Shown piece by piece: positions 35,860-46,400 of a stretch of 64,000 nucleotides of DNA; the first letter of the stretch is position 1, and each line of letters starts with the position of its first letter. A program made the translations under genes and the position numbers. Source of the DNA: a virus. The notes beneath the pieces were generated by a model. The model was not told where the DNA came from. It did no database searches and saw nothing but the letters and a program-made list of their open reading frames with translations. The stretch is taken from IMG/VR virus record IMGVR_UViG_3300034071_001405, positions 4,250-68,249 of that record; one strand, given 5' to 3'.

Positions 35860-38520
35860 ATGGCAACATTTATAAAAGGTGTCAGCGACCAACTTGGTCC
35901 AATGCAATTGTACAGACCTGATTATCAGTTTCTGACTCAGGTGTATGGAACAAAACAAGCTCAATATGACCGTGGGTTTAACATGGTCAAATCACTGTAC
36001 AACTCAGTGTTAAATACTAACTTGACAAATGCTAACAATCAGTCTTATAGACAAGAGGCATTTAAAAGATTACAAGGTTCCTTACAAAGCATGTCTAATG
36101 TGGATTTATCTAATCCAACAAACATAACACGTGCACAAGGTATGATTGACCCTATTAGTAGAGATCCAGAATTAGCTTATGACATGGCAGTAACTAGCTT
36201 TCATTCAAAGCAAAAACAACTGATGGAATCTTATCGTAACAGTCAAGACCCTAAAATGCGTGGGATGTACAATGAATATTCACGTATGGATATTAACTTT
36301 GCTGAAGAAGACTTGCGTAATGCTAAACGTGGAGATGGTAGTATTACTTCTGTACAACCAAGAGAGTTTACACCTTTTGAAGATGTAAACGAGTTTCTCA
36401 GAAAAGCAGCTAAAGACCAAGGGCTAGAAATTAAACAGTCTAGTCCAGATGGACGTGGTTATATTCTAACTCGTACCAATGGTCCAGGTGCTGTACCAAT
36501 TTATAACAGTTGGGCAACAGCAACAATGGGCAATCAGTTTGACCGTCAGTTCAGTGTGATAGGCAGAGTAAATGCTGAGTCTGCTATTAGAAGTGAAATG
36601 GCTAATAAAAATGTTGGAAGAGAAGAAGCTACTAGAATGGTAGCAGAAAAACTTCTACCACAATTAAATGTGAAGCAGTCTGTTGCAGGTATTGCTGCTC
36701 AAGAAGAATATAGAAAGCTAGATGAAAAAGTTACCTTTTATGAAAAACAATTTCCAAATGGATTTCCTACAGCTAAACCAGAAATAGCTCAAGAATATCA
36801 ACGTTTAGTTAAAGAAAGAGATGAGCAAAAAACAGAATTTGAAAATGCTCGTAGTGAAGTAGGAAGACTTCAATCAGAAGGAAGTGCTTACATTGCTAGT
36901 AATTTATACAACATATATTCACAAGCTGCAAAAGACCAAACTGCACTAGCTTTTGCATCAACATTTGCAACAGCAAAACAATCTGTTGAAGTACGTCCTG
37001 ATACAACATGGGCTACTAAAGTAAGTATTGCGTCAAGAGAAAGAATAGCCGGTGCACAAATGGCAATGGCACAAAAGAAAATGGAGTTTGAGCAGTACAA
37101 GCTTGATGTAAATACAAAACTTAAAATACAGGAAATGCAAGGTAAAGGACTTATTCCAAGTACTGAATTTACAGGAGTTGGTTTTTCTGATACTCCATCT
37201 TATGCTTCTGATATGAATAGTGCGTCATTACAATTAAATAGAGATGAAGCATATTCAAGTGCATTTAATGCTGAGAATGGTTTAATAAAACTTGTAGTAG
37301 ATGATGATTCTGAATATGGTAAAGTATTTTCTTCCATAGCTAAAATAAAACAAATGGCCAATGGACAACAAGTTACATTGTCAAATGAAGAATTGAACAA
37401 CTTAAAATCTTATGGAAATAAGGTAGGTATGAACATTGATGTACCTACAAATAGTTCTGATGCAAATAATTTTCTTGATAGAATGGCTGGATACACTTTT
37501 AATAAAGCAACAGAACGTTTACAACTTTATAGCGACACACACAAGACTGGTGATACTAACCCTTATTTTAAGTCGTTTAGAAGTGGAGCAGGAGCTTTTC
37601 AAAACATGGTATCTCAACGTGAAGCTATAAACAAAGATATGAAACGTGTGTCACAAGAAGTTTTAGACGCAAATGGTAATATAAAACCCCTTTATGAAGG
37701 TGCTGTAATAAAATCTAAAATAAGTGATGGTGTTTATGACTTTGATTTTAGTAAAGTTTCTGAAGCTGCAAAAACTAGAGTAAGCAGTTTGATTACAGGT
37801 TTCAAAGACAGACAAGTTCCTGTAAGTAACCAATATACTATTTCAAAACTTACTGGTGCAGAAATAGACTTACTTGTTAAAAATCCTTATGGTGTATCTT
37901 CTGTTACAACTTCTGAGGGTGCAACTCTTGATATAAACGTTTTAAGAAATATGAATCCTGTTGACATTTCTGCATTATTTGCTGACAAAAGTAAAGTGTT
38001 TTATGACCCTGTTAGAAAGCAGGTTAAAGTTGAAATGAATGTTAGTGAAAAAGATGGTATTGCAAAGAAGTTTAATCTTAAAGGTGGACAAGCTCTTTAT
38101 CTTACAATCCCTTATGAAACTATTCAATCATCAAGAGGAGCATTAGGAAGATTAGAAGAGTATATTCCTTTTAACACATTGAACGTTTCTTCTTTAGGTG
38201 TACTTACTCCATTGCTTACAAATGCAAATGCTAGAGTTGTTGGCGAATCTTACATGAATGGAATTGGTTTTGATTATGCAGTTACAGGTGTTCCTGGTCA
38301 AAATGGTTCTAATTTACTTCAGTTTGACTATAAATATTTAGACCCACAAACAGGAAAAACAGGAACAGGAAGTCAAATGATTCCTTTTAGTCCAGGTGAC
38401 CCAGCGTCACTTGAAAAAGCTTCTGAGATTATTCAACAAGTTTTTTATAACTACAAAATAACTAGATCAAAGTACCAAGACTATATAAACAGTAACGATA
38501 CACAAACCAACAATGATTGA
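35860..38520 (+). CDS. Putative cargo/ejection protein, 886 aa
   Basis: Helical, Cys-free; position between cargo 1-like gene and the giant genes. Confidence 0.55.
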   Translation: MATFIKGVSDQLGPMQLYRPDYQFLTQVYGTKQAQYDRGFNMVKSLYNSVLNTNLTNANNQSYRQEAFKRLQGSLQSMSNVDLSNPTNITRAQGMIDPISRDPELAYDMAVTSFHSKQKQLMESYRNSQDPKMRGMYNEYSRMDINFAEEDLRNAKRGDGSITSVQPREFTPFEDVNEFLRKAAKDQGLEIKQSSPDGRGYILTRTNGPGAVPIYNSWATATMGNQFDRQFSVIGRVNAESAIRSEMANKNVGREEATRMVAEKLLPQLNVKQSVAGIAAQEEYRKLDEKVTFYEKQFPNGFPTAKPEIAQEYQRLVKERDEQKTEFENARSEVGRLQSEGSAYIASNLYNIYSQAAKDQTALAFASTFATAKQSVEVRPDTTWATKVSIASRERIAGAQMAMAQKKMEFEQYKLDVNTKLKIQEMQGKGLIPSTEFTGVGFSDTPSYASDMNSASLQLNRDEAYSSAFNAENGLIKLVVDDDSEYGKVFSSIAKIKQMANGQQVTLSNEELNNLKSYGNKVGMNIDVPTNSSDANNFLDRMAGYTFNKATERLQLYSDTHKTGDTNPYFKSFRSGAGAFQNMVSQREAINKDMKRVSQEVLDANGNIKPLYEGAVIKSKISDGVYDFDFSKVSEAAKTRVSSLITGFKDRQVPVSNQYTISKLTGAEIDLLVKNPYGVSSVTTSEGATLDINVLRNMNPVDISALFADKSKVFYDPVRKQVKVEMNVSEKDGIAKKFNLKGGQALYLTIPYETIQSSRGALGRLEEYIPFNTLNVSSLGVLTPLLTNANARVVGESYMNGIGFDYAVTGVPGQNGSNLLQFDYKYLDPQTGKTGTGSQMIPFSPGDPASLEKASEIIQQVFYNYKITRSKYQDYINSNDTQTNND

Positions 38521-41500
38521 TAATACTTTTGACTTTGGAATGGAGAATGCTGCAGGATTAGGGAATAAACCTGTTCCAATGAACGACTTTAGTGCAGCAT
38601 TTAACCAAATGAATTCTGAGACATCAGATAGGATGCTTAGTGACAACTCACGTCCTATGTCATTAATGGAAAGTTTAAATGCACCGGTAGGACCTAAGAC
38701 AATGACTTATGTGCCTAATAGTGCGGTTGACATGTTCAGATATCAGGAAGGTTTTAAAAGTCAGTATTTTAACCCACTTGATACAAGCAATTATGAAAAA
38801 TGGGCAGACAAAGAAACATTTGGTTCTGCCTTAAATAAAGGTTTTGATAGTTTTGGTCACAAGTTTGGTAACACATTCATAGACTACTGGAAAGGTTATG
38901 GTCGTATGGCTGATGCTTTAGTGCACATGGACTGGGATAGAATGCGTCCAGATGAAGCAACATTGGCAGATCAGTATTACAAAGACCAGATAGACATGAA
39001 CAAGAACTTTGTATTTGAGAAACCAGAAAACGAAGACAGCATATTATCTAAACGTACAATGAGTGAGTTTATAGGAAACGCTGGTTTTGCTCTTGGAACA
39101 TTTGCAGGTATTGGTCTTGAGATTGCAGCAGACGTTGCCATTACATTTTTATCTGGTGGTGCAGGTGTTGTTAGTTTTGGAGGAACAGCTGCAAAGCTTG
39201 CTGCTACCCAGACAGCAAAACAAGCTGCAAAAAGTGGTTTTAGATTTGCTGATGCTTTAACAGATATTGGAAAAGGATTTAGTTATGGTAACAAATCTGC
39301 AGAAGAAATTTCTGCTGCAAGTAAAGTAATTGCAAACATGGATGAAGCTTCTGCTATAGCAAATGGCAGTAGAAGTGCTTTGCGTGATTCTATGGGAGAA
39401 ACGTTTTCTGTTTTTACAAATCACTTATTTAACATTACAAAATCTAAAAACTTTTCAGAAGTTTCTGCAAACTTGTTAAAAAGTACACCTTTACTAGGAA
39501 CAGGAATACGTTCTGCTGAAAAACTTGCTGCTGCTTCTAGAGCCGGAGCAACTACTGGTGAACTGATTGGTGTTGGACTACAAGGTGCTAGACGTGTGGC
39601 TCAAGAGTTAAACATGTCTGCAACAGAAGCTAGTTTTGAAGCTGTTACATCTTATGGTGATACACTAGATAAGATGGCCCAACAGTACAAGATAGACAAT
39701 AATGGTGCTGTACCATCTCCAGAAGAATTTGAAGAAATGCGTAAACTTGCAATCAGTGCAAGTTCTGCCAACTATAATACAAACATGGCCTTGTTATTGG
39801 CCACAAACAAAATACAGTTTGGAAACTTGTTTAATCGCTTTGTGCCTGCAAACAAATACATGAACGAAGTTGCTGAAAATTTACTTGTAGTAGAAGGTAA
39901 AGCTGGTACAGGAATTTTTAGAAAAGATGGTTTCCTTGGTGCGTATGGACTAATTGGTAAAGTAGGAAAAGAGTTTGGAAAGAAAGAAGCAGCATATCAA
40001 TTTAGCAAAGCATTTGCAAAAGACTTTTTGAAGTTTCAAGTTTCTGAAGGTATTCAAGAAAACATGCAAGAAACATCTGCTGCAGCTTGGAAAGATTATT
40101 ATGCTGGTCAGTTTAACAGTACAGAAATGTCTTTGTCTGAAGCATTTGGAGAAGGAGCTTCACAACAATTTACTAAACAAGGTTTAAAGACTTTCTTAAT
40201 GGGAGCTTTAACAGGTTCTTTAATCAGTATTCCAACATCAATAACAAGTAAGTCATTAGAAGCAGCTAACAGAGCTGTAATAAATAGACAGTACGCAAAC
40301 AATCCTGGTTCTAATCCTTTAATTGCAGCAGAAGCTCAATTGGATAAAAACTTAGATATATTAAACACAAGTCTAAAACAGTTAAAAGAAGGTAAATTTA
40401 AAGACAAAGTATTTAATTTTAGTGCACAGATTGATGCTGCACAAGAACAAGCTGAATCTGCATCAAAAGGTTTACGTTATGAATTTGAAAATGGTAAAGA
40501 TAACGCACTACTTGCTGCGGTAGCGTCTGCACAAAAAACTAACTCTATTGATGTGTTGTATCGTGCTGTTAAAAGCATGGGACAAGACATGACAAATGAG
40601 GATTTTGAAAAAAGCTTTGGTGTAAAACTTGAAGATACTAAGTACAGAACACCATCTGAATTCTCAGAAGCTGTAGCAAAGGATATTAAAAAGTATTCTG
40701 ACACTATGGAAGGAATCAGAACAAAGGTAAAATCACAACTAGCTGACCCTTTTGAATTTGCTGAAGGTAGTAGAAATAGATATGTTGCTACATTATTGCG
40801 TAGCGCTCAGGAAGATGCCATACAGGTGCTTTCAATGAACGCTATAAAAGGTGACATGTCAGCAAAACGTGCAAAGCAAGTAGCAGATGATTTACTTTCT
40901 ATACCAGGCATGTCAAGGTCTTCTGACTTTGCTTTAAGAGTATTGACTAATCCTGGTTCTATTGAAGGTGAAATAGGAAATCTACTAGGTGAAATAAAAA
41001 TTCTACGTGAGAACATTGAAGCAGAAGGAATTGAAGCTCAAACAAAAAAAGAATTAAAAGAACAATTGAGCTTGAAATTAGAAGAATATGAGCTAATTGA
41101 AAAATGGAAAGGATATTGGGAAAACCGTCAAGTTGTTGTTGGAACAAATGAAGATGATGAAGAAGTAACTAAAGAAAGTATATTAGACATCTTTAAAGGA
41201 AAGACAATAGAAAAAACTCAAACAGTTAAAGATGAGAATGGAAATGATGTAGAAACAGTAGATAGAACTTATGACCCCACAGACCCTGAAGTCATAGAAA
41301 CATTTAGACAACTGATGAACATCAAAAATAGACAGTCAGGTTCTAATGAGGTAATATCTGAGGCTTCTATGAGAGATGGTTTTCAAAAGATATATGACTA
41401 TATCAGACTTGACCGTGACACCAAAGACTATATGCGTTCTGTTGATGTTTTGTCAAATCCTGAAAACTTAAGAATAACATTGGGTAGAATGGCAGATGGC

Positions 41501-43441
41501 AAGTTTAAACATAACCTTATCAATCATGTGGACCCTTTGTTAAAACAAGCTGAACTTGCAGCTGAATTGATAATTATAAAACTAGGAATTGTTAATGAAA
41601 ATGATAGAAGAGAACTGTTTAATGAGATGCTAAACACTGTGTATGAAAGTGAAAATTGGAAAAATCTAACAACTCTCATAAGTAATCCTGATTTAGGTGT
41701 AGCAAACGAAGATTACGCTCAAAAGACATACTCTGCATTGATTAAAGAAATCTTAAAAAAAGAGCAAGAGTTAACACTAAAGTATAGTCCTAAAGAATAC
41801 AACAATGATATTTCTCAAGAAGACTATGACAAAATCATTGTTGAAGGAAAGATTGACACAACAACAAAATATCTAATTGCAGCCAAGTTATCAAATGGAA
41901 CTAAGTTGTCAGAACTTGAACAAAAGGTATATGATATACATAAGTTGGAAATTGACAAAGAAGTAGATTTACCATCAGATGCTAATACACCTATTGCAGC
42001 AGACACAACAACCATAGAAAGTGGAGTTACCGCTGAAACAATAATAGAAGATGAAATTCCTGAAGCTATTATACCTATTCCTTATATAGATGAGAATGGT
42101 GAGATTTCAGAAGACCCTGCTGAAACTGCAAATGCACTAAAAGCTGATATAGAAAGAAGAAGAAAAGAAGAATACGCTAAAATTGATGCAAAATATTCAG
42201 AACAAATAGAAGCATGGGAAAAGAAAAGAAAAGAAAATATTGAAAGAACTGGATTAGCAGGTGATACTAGAGCCTTGGATGCTCTAAAAGGACTAGTCTA
42301 TAATGCTAAACAAAAAGTAGATGAAATCTTAAATAAAGAATTAGATGAATTAGATACTATTGAAGATAAAAAAGAAGATATAAAAAACGCATTAGATTAT
42401 ATTTTAACTGGTAGATATAACGGTAAAGCTGGAAGAAAGAGACAATCCACTGAAGTAGGAGAAAAGATAGCACAAAAAATAGCAACAGGCTTAAGTAATC
42501 AAGGATTAATAAAACAAGACGGAAAGTTGTTTTCAACTTTAGAGGGGGACAATCTAGGGGTAGCTTGGTCGGTAGGTAAGTATTTTGCTGAAGAATTTAA
42601 AAATGGATTTGAAGCAGAATTAGCAGCTTTAAACACACCTGGACTAAGTGTCCAAGCTTCTACAGAAACAATACCATCAACAACTACAACAAACATGGTG
42701 GATGTCATAAGTGAAAATGAAAATTTACCTGGGGAATTTGTTGATGAATCATTTTTTGGTATTACACCTACTGAACCTGTTATAGAAGAAGAACCTGTAG
42801 TTACTCAACAAGAAACACCATTTGCACCTCAAGGAAATTTAGAAGAAGGATACGATGTAGTTGACATAAATAACAATAGTGTTAACCCTGAAAAGTTTAA
42901 ATCTGAAGAAGAAGCTGCTGTACTTGCAGAAAGTTTAAATTCTACACGTGTTGATTTGGATTTTGTAAAATCATTCTTAGGAGCATTACCTGTAGGAACA
43001 GAAACTGAGATGACTAATAAAATGCTAGAGATTGGACTAAAGTCAATGAACGCTTACAACAAACGTAAAGGTACTAGTCATGCTACATTAGAAGAATACT
43101 ACAACACAGGAGATGGCAGATTTTTACTAGAAGCAAACAGAGAGGCTTTACTCACTGGTAAACCTGTAAACTACAATAGAAAAAAAGCTAAAGTTTCTGG
43201 ATTAGTCATATCAGAAACACAAGTACCGTTGTTTGAAACACCATCAACAGGTAGAGCTACAAGTTTAACTCTGCAAAGTTTAGAAACACTGTATGCTAAA
43301 GTTTTAGAATTTAGAAAAGAAGCAGCAGAAAATTCAAATAATTTTAGTAAATTTGTAGAGACGGAAAAGGTGGCTCAAACTCCAGTGACAGAATCCTCTA
43401 TAATAAACAAGCTTCAAGAGATTTCTAACTGTTTCTCTTAA
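38513..43441 (+). CDS. Giant ejection protein with putative membrane-inserting segment, 1642 aa
   Basis: Hydrophobic Gly/Ala-rich AGFALGTFAGIGLEIAADVAITFLSGGAGVV; EGIQENMQ motif; single Cys near the C-terminus. Confidence 0.65.
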   Translation: MIDNTFDFGMENAAGLGNKPVPMNDFSAAFNQMNSETSDRMLSDNSRPMSLMESLNAPVGPKTMTYVPNSAVDMFRYQEGFKSQYFNPLDTSNYEKWADKETFGSALNKGFDSFGHKFGNTFIDYWKGYGRMADALVHMDWDRMRPDEATLADQYYKDQIDMNKNFVFEKPENEDSILSKRTMSEFIGNAGFALGTFAGIGLEIAADVAITFLSGGAGVVSFGGTAAKLAATQTAKQAAKSGFRFADALTDIGKGFSYGNKSAEEISAASKVIANMDEASAIANGSRSALRDSMGETFSVFTNHLFNITKSKNFSEVSANLLKSTPLLGTGIRSAEKLAAASRAGATTGELIGVGLQGARRVAQELNMSATEASFEAVTSYGDTLDKMAQQYKIDNNGAVPSPEEFEEMRKLAISASSANYNTNMALLLATNKIQFGNLFNRFVPANKYMNEVAENLLVVEGKAGTGIFRKDGFLGAYGLIGKVGKEFGKKEAAYQFSKAFAKDFLKFQVSEGIQENMQETSAAAWKDYYAGQFNSTEMSLSEAFGEGASQQFTKQGLKTFLMGALTGSLISIPTSITSKSLEAANRAVINRQYANNPGSNPLIAAEAQLDKNLDILNTSLKQLKEGKFKDKVFNFSAQIDAAQEQAESASKGLRYEFENGKDNALLAAVASAQKTNSIDVLYRAVKSMGQDMTNEDFEKSFGVKLEDTKYRTPSEFSEAVAKDIKKYSDTMEGIRTKVKSQLADPFEFAEGSRNRYVATLLRSAQEDAIQVLSMNAIKGDMSAKRAKQVADDLLSIPGMSRSSDFALRVLTNPGSIEGEIGNLLGEIKILRENIEAEGIEAQTKKELKEQLSLKLEEYELIEKWKGYWENRQVVVGTNEDDEEVTKESILDIFKGKTIEKTQTVKDENGNDVETVDRTYDPTDPEVIETFRQLMNIKNRQSGSNEVISEASMRDGFQKIYDYIRLDRDTKDYMRSVDVLSNPENLRITLGRMADGKFKHNLINHVDPLLKQAELAAELIIIKLGIVNENDRRELFNEMLNTVYESENWKNLTTLISNPDLGVANEDYAQKTYSALIKEILKKEQELTLKYSPKEYNNDISQEDYDKIIVEGKIDTTTKYLIAAKLSNGTKLSELEQKVYDIHKLEIDKEVDLPSDANTPIAADTTTIESGVTAETIIEDEIPEAIIPIPYIDENGEISEDPAETANALKADIERRRKEEYAKIDAKYSEQIEAWEKKRKENIERTGLAGDTRALDALKGLVYNAKQKVDEILNKELDELDTIEDKKEDIKNALDYILTGRYNGKAGRKRQSTEVGEKIAQKIATGLSNQGLIKQDGKLFSTLEGDNLGVAWSVGKYFAEEFKNGFEAELAALNTPGLSVQASTETIPSTTTTNMVDVISENENLPGEFVDESFFGITPTEPVIEEEPVVTQQETPFAPQGNLEEGYDVVDINNNSVNPEKFKSEEEAAVLAESLNSTRVDLDFVKSFLGALPVGTETEMTNKMLEIGLKSMNAYNKRKGTSHATLEEYYNTGDGRFLLEANREALLTGKPVNYNRKKAKVSGLVISETQVPLFETPSTGRATSLTLQSLETLYAKVLEFRKEAAENSNNFSKFVETEKVAQTPVTESSIINKLQEISNCFS

Positions 43442-43473
43442 CTGCTTTTTCCTCAACAAATATACATAATATA

Positions 43474-46400
43474 ATGGCATGTCAAATTCAAACTGACAAG
43501 TACACTGATGTTGTACTAGATCTAATTAAGTTAGACTCTTCACTATACACTAACTTTGATAACGCAGCAGCGTTCATCTTGAAGAGCGGATTATCACCTG
43601 AACAAAAAATGATGGCAGTGCATAACATTGCACATATCTACAATGGTTTAGCAGACTTGGACCCTGAATACTTTAAAAAGGGTAAGGTAGCAGATGTAAT
43701 TAACATTGTAACCATGATGGAAAATCCACAAGAGTATGTGCAAACAGCATCTGAATTTTTCAATGTGAAAAAAACTGCACCTCTTAAAGTATCTTCAATC
43801 ATTGACAAAATTGATGCACTTGGTGGTATGACTTCTGTAAATCGTATGGACTTGAATGGGCCAGACGGTGTGTTAAACACTATAAAGAATTATTTTGCTG
43901 TTACTACTTTTGAGAATCTTGATGAAAGAACTAAGTTACTAGAATCTCTATCTGCATCATTGCGTGGTCAAATAATTGACAGAGCTGATGAACAAGACCA
44001 TAAAGATTTCTTATTGGGACTTATTGATGATACAATGGCAGGACTTGATAAGAAGTCATTCTTTATTCCTATTTCTGAAATAGCAGATGTTGCTGGTCTT
44101 GACAATGTACTTGTTATTTTAAAGTCAGAACAAATGGTAGAAGCTTTAAGAGAAAACGATAAACTCTACAAGTTAAATCCTGACAACTCTCTTGAAGAGA
44201 TTCCTGCAGACCAAATTGTTTCTGTAAAGGACGCACGTTTGTCAGATCGTTCTACAAGTAATGCCGGTGAGCATGTGTTCTATGAAGACACAATGCTTTC
44301 TAATTTTAAAGTTGTTGCTGTTAACCCTGAAGAGTCTGGTATTGTATTAAACAAACTAGATGAAATGCGTTCACCTTCATCAGCTATAAGAATTAAAGCT
44401 GTACGTATTAGTGATGTTGCTGACAAACGTATTGAGCGTATTCAAAACGTAGATGCCTCTAACAAAGAAATGAGAATGTTGGCAAACCGTCAGCATGAGA
44501 CTTTTGAGAATTCAACACAGGTTGCATACTTACAGTCAACATCAAATGGTAAAGTGTTAACACTATCACGTCCAAAAGCATCAGAACAAACATTTGTCAT
44601 TGTTGGAGAGATTATAGGTTCAGGTGAATTGTTTTATTTGTATTCAACTGAAAACATGACATTTGTAAATTCAGATAATTCTACAGAACTAGTTGATTTT
44701 ACAAACCCTGTACATTTAAAAGAAGTACAACGTTTGAGCGTCAAAGACAACTTAGGTGTAAAATCACAACTAAGCGAACTTGACTTAGAACACATGTCTA
44801 ATGCTGCGTCAATATATAAAGGATTTAAAGACTCTTTATTACCTCAGTTACAAGCTCAGTTTGATGCAGGTGCAACTTCTGTTGATATAACTACTGATTT
44901 CAAAAATGTCTATGACATAAATCAAACACGTGGTAAAAAATCAAAAACTGTTTTAAGTTCAGAAATGGTTACTGACCCTACACTTTCTAAAACTTTAACT
45001 ATTTTCAATAGAGACACAAAGCAAAGAGAAGAACGTAAGATACCTTTTATATACAGTGCAGTAGAAGAAAAAGAATTTTCTTTAATAAATATGTTGCGCT
45101 CAAATGAATTAATTGAGTACACAAACACTGAAGGTAAAGTAAGACAAGTTTCTCAACTTACTTATGCTGAATTGCTAGGCTTAAAAGACAATGCTGTAAA
45201 AGAAATACTAAAAACCACAGACCCTAATCAAAAAAACTTAATGATTAAGTTTCGTCCTGATGGTACTATGACGTATCGCATTCTTGAGAATGTGCGTCAG
45301 TTAGACCAGATGGAAGAGTTTGCAAATTTTATAACATCGTTGAATGATGTATTGTTATCAGGCAAACAACGTAACCAAGAAGTTGAGTCATTTGAAAAAA
45401 CTCAATTTACATTTAGACCACAAACTTCTGGTAAGTTTGGAGACCGTCCACTTTATGTTTCTTTTTCAACAAGTGCCCAAGGACGTCTTCAAGTAGAAAT
45501 TAGACCAACATCTCCAACCAACAGATATGGGTTCATAAAAGAAAAAGATCCTATTACAAACAAGTATAAAAATCAAGGTCAGTTTAATTTTGTGCTTGAT
45601 GAAACTCTTATTGTCAATACTGCGCGTGCATTAAAAGGTGAGGGTAAACTTATAGGTAAAATTAAAAGTGAATTTCCTGCACTAGCAAACTTTGACTTAA
45701 ACAAACCTGAAGAACTTTTTGAGTTTTACAGAACTGTAAATAACATGACCAGGTTTACTTCTCCTCATCCTTTATTGCAAGAGCTTGCAAACAAAGTAAC
45801 AGAAGTACAGGCAGGTTTTGCTCAAAGTTTAATTGACAATGTTATAAACAAGTTAGAAGAAAAAACAGCAATGTTTCCTCAGTTTATGAAAAATTTACGT
45901 GAGGATTTAACATATGATGGTGAATTTAGACCATACTATTTAGTTGCACGAAAATCAGATGATGGAACATTTAGAACTAATATTACATACTCACGTGGTT
46001 ATACAAAACCTAAAGATGGTGTTGACTCATTGCAACGTTTTAAAACAAACTATGACAACTATCTACTTGTTAATGCTGGTTTTTTAAGAATGAACATTAC
46101 ACCAAAAGAGGTTATTAGCATGAGTACTCCTGCTCCGGCTGTTGTAACTGCGGTGCAAATGGAACCTGTTGAAAAGGTGCATGTAAACAATCCTGCACAA
46201 AACATAACATCTACTGAAATTATAACTGATGAATCAGATATACCTGAAATTGAGTTGTTTAGTATTGCTGATGGAGAAATAGAATTAGAAACAGAACAAG
46301 AAAGATTACAAGCTGCAGAATGGTTGTCACAAACCTATTCACAACTTGGTGTATCAAAAGAAGAACTTTCTGATGCTATAGATTTATCTAAAGTAGAAGG

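Noticed and set aside
43348-43355. TAAATTTG host-type -7 box upstream of the RNAP gene
   Set aside because: Lies inside a CDS with no -33 TTTG at the right spacing; may be chance in AT-rich DNA.
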